Part shown: piece by piece, positions 61,226 through 64,000 of the stretch
Layout: each line of letters opens with the position of its first letter
Numbering within the stretch: the stretch's first letter is position 1
Assembly (NCBI GenBank): GCA_950097015.1
Contig: CATNEN010000001.1
Coordinates: forward strand, 18,166,001-18,230,000
Length of the DNA stretch: 64,000 nt
DNA from: Macrostomum hystrix
Taxonomy: Eukaryota; Animalia; Platyhelminthes
Direction of reading: 5' to 3'
Program-made: the position numbers and the translations under genes
The notes under the pieces: model-generated
What the model was told of the DNA's origin: nothing
The model's database searches: none
What the model saw: the letters and a program-made list of their open reading frames with translations, nothing else

Positions 61226-63141
61226 TGAGGTTCACGGTATGATAGGCTAAATAATGCATGGAGGTTCTACTATAGCTCTAATACTTTCTCCTGTGCTCCC
61301 ACCTGTACACATATAAGGGGATCATGCATGGGATGCTAAAATGCAGTACATATAGAGGCCCAGGTGGCTTTAAATAATCTGCTTGTTTATTGAGCGACTT
61401 AAATCGGTAAGGATCCGCGAGTATGTGTGCTCACTTTAACTAGTCTTGCGTTAATAATTTTCTGTTTAATCAAATTTCTGTTTTGTAGGCCACAACCAAT
61501 CCCTAGGATAGAAGAGCGAAAGCAGATAGAAGGGAAAATAGGCTAGATAATTACCTGTGTTCACCTGTCTGCCTTTAGAAGAATCGCTTTTACTCGACCG
61601 CTCGACCGCTAAAAAGGGTGAAACAGAGGGTGGGGACGGGGAGAAACAGAGGGTAAGAAAGGGGAGAAATAGAGGGTGGGGAGGGGGAGAAACAGAAAGG
61701 GGGAAAGGGAGAAACAGAAGGTGGGGAAGGGAGAAACAGAGGGTGGGGAGGGGGAGAAACAGAGGGTAAGAAAGGGGAGAAACAGAGGGTGAGAAATGGC
61801 CCAGATCATGAGAGAAAACTGGGGATATGGAAGTCGGGAAAGAGGAAATTGAAAGGGATAAGCAAGTCTTCCATTAACTAGAACGAAATAGTTAATACTA
61901 ATGCTTTCAATCGATTTAAAACAAACTTCATCAGGCACAGTGTTTGCCCAATGATTTAATTGGCAAAGATTCTTTCGTTTTTTTCTGCCTGGAGGTAGAC
62001 CCACTGAAGCACTGAGATGAAAATTAGTGCGCTAATAATTATTTGGACTTCCAAAATAACATGACAGCTGATCTGAGCAAATCTTCGAGCAGATGAGATG
62101 GACGATCTTTGTACACTGAGATGTAGTTGCTGAGCAGATAGAAAATAAAGTATGTAAGTTAATACATGAGTATTTAGATAGGGATAGAGAGGATAGAAGA
62201 GAGGGGAGAGAGGAAGGGGGGAGAATGGAGGGAGAGTGGAGGGGAGAGAGGAGGGGGGAGAGGAGGGGAGAGTGGAGGGGAGAGAGGAGGGGAGAAAGGA
62301 GGGGAAAGAGGAGGGGAGAAAGGAGGGGAGATATAAGAAGGATGAGAGGGGAGAGGGGAGTGAGAATAGCCAGTGAATTCACAAATTGAGTTTAATATCC
62401 TGAAACAAATGGCTTACATTTACAGTCGGAAATTCGTAAAAACACAAAAATATTCTCAATTGGTCACACAAGTCCAGTGTCTGCCTGAGTTGACTAAATC
62501 GAGTTTCCTGTTGTAAAATGGTAAAAAGCGTTTAAACGTCACGCTCAGAGAGAATTGGACACGAGTAATTGTATTCGCTACGTTTGGCTGAGTAAAAATC
62601 CAAATCTTCCTATTTCCTAAATTGTATTGTTGTTAGACAGGTCTTTGTTGAGCGTGAAAAAACTCAGTTCTAATTGGCATAATATTACAGATGGGCAACA
62701 TATGCTTGTGTATATGCTTCTAGCACTTGACACTTCATGTTGAGCATGCTAATATGAGCATGAGCCATCCTTAACTGTCATGCTAGCCACCTGTGCCACA
62801 CACTGGCCTGTCAAAGTAAATCTGAAAAAATGTGAACTTGGAAAGCGGCAAGATTTTAGATTAGTTGGGCTTTGAGTCGGGTTTGTTATTTTGCTAATTT
62901 GTTGTTTTTGGATTTCAAACAGTTCACGGAGTGACAGCTGGGCTTCGGAAACACTTGCACAATGCATTTCCGCTTCAGGGATGCCCTGAAAATATAACAA
63001 GGCTATTCACGTTCTGAAATTTGACACCGACTACGCGAACATCCTTCTATTAACCATCCATGATACTGTCTCTCAATTTGATCCCAGACATCTTTTGAAA
63101 TGATCCCAGTCATCTTGTAAGTCTCCCAGTTTTTTCTGTTT

Positions 63142-63505
63142 ATGATCCCAGTCAGTTTGTACCTATGATCCCAGTCAGTTTGTACCTATGATCCCAGTCA
63201 GTTTGTACCTATGATCCCAGTCAGTTTGTACCTATGATCCCAGTCAGTTTGTACCTATGATCCCAGTCACTTTGTACCTATGATCCCAGTCAGTTTGTAC
63301 CTATGATCCCAGTCAGTTTGTACCTATGATCCCAGTCAGTTTGTACCTATGATCCCAGTCAGTTTGTACCTATGATCCCAGTCAGTTTGTACCTATGATC
63401 CCAGTCATTTTGTACCTATGATCCCAGTCAGTTTGTACCTATGATCCCAGTCATTTTGTACCTATGATCCCAGTCATTTTGTACCTATGATCCCAGTCAT
63501 TTTGT
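63142..63505. repeat. 23-bp minisatellite (atgatcccagtcagtttgtacct)n
   Basis: Tandem copies. Confidence 0.95.
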
Positions 63506-63886
63506 GACCCCTTCATGCATGTTCTCACTCTCGCATACGCGTTACTCATCTTTACACATGTGTTAATCGTCCGAGTTGTCTGTTCGTCAAATTAAAAGTT
63601 AGAAGGGCTGGTTGCTTGAGTTAGCTTGACTCACCCTTGCATACGTTAAGCATGAAGTTGATCTTCCCATTTAGCTGATGCTTCATCGTGCATGCTCAAG
63701 AGCTTCGTAGATTGAATTCATGCTCATCTACACAATCAACAATTGCTACCTGAATAGTCATCAATAATTAGCTTGGCTGACTTTCTGTCATGATCTCAGA
63801 TCACAGATGTCTGGATGGTACCATTATGCAACCATTTAAATTCAAATCTGCTTTCAAGTGCGACTCAGTGATTTGGTGGCAAACTG

Positions 63887-64000
63887 GAAGAAAATGAGGG
63901 GAAAAGGAAGAAAATGAGGGGAAAAAGAGGAAGAAAATGAGGGGAGAAAGAGGAAGAAAATGAGGGGAAAAAGAGGAAGAAAATGAGGGGAGAAAGAGGA
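63887..64000. repeat. ~23-bp purine-rich minisatellite running off the window end
   Basis: gaagaaaatgaggggaaaaagag copies. Confidence 0.85.

Noticed and set aside
34626-63505. Long repetitive ORFs (e.g. 34649-35944, 43035-44014, 48377-49525, 51286-52002, 52568-53745, 55497-57005)
   Set aside because: They are translations of stop-free minisatellite units, usually open in several frames and strands, and lie in introns or intergenic DNA.

Overview
Eukaryotic (invertebrate) genomic DNA. A free-living flatworm of the Macrostomum type is inferred from the Pax6 sequence and the dense 16-30-mer minisatellites. Positions 1-32,236 are a nest of transposons. (i) A Kyakuja-Dileera-Zisupton (KDZ/CxC3) element with long inverted repeats and two convergent spliced genes: the KDZ transposase and a companion with an HMG-box-like and a GTF2I-repeat-like region. 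The companion is split by an EnSpm/CACTA element (CCC...GGG ends, 2-bp TSD); a MITE and a Tc1 relic also lie inside the KDZ element. (ii) A PIF/Harbinger element (3-bp TSD; Myb/SANT gene plus broken transposase) with a 10.5-kb Mutator-like element (9-bp TSD) inserted in its right TIR. The MULE transposase reads CG-1-like, DDE, SWIM, then a ubiquitin-specific-protease (USP/C19) domain. The MULE itself carries a BEL/Pao fragment and an unclassified 2.2-kb insert. Positions 32.3-64 kb hold two convergent host genes, a group XII secreted phospholipase A2 (+) and Pax6 (-), with a different minisatellite in most introns and intergenic gaps. All gene models were spliced and all domains assigned by eye; no database searches were run.
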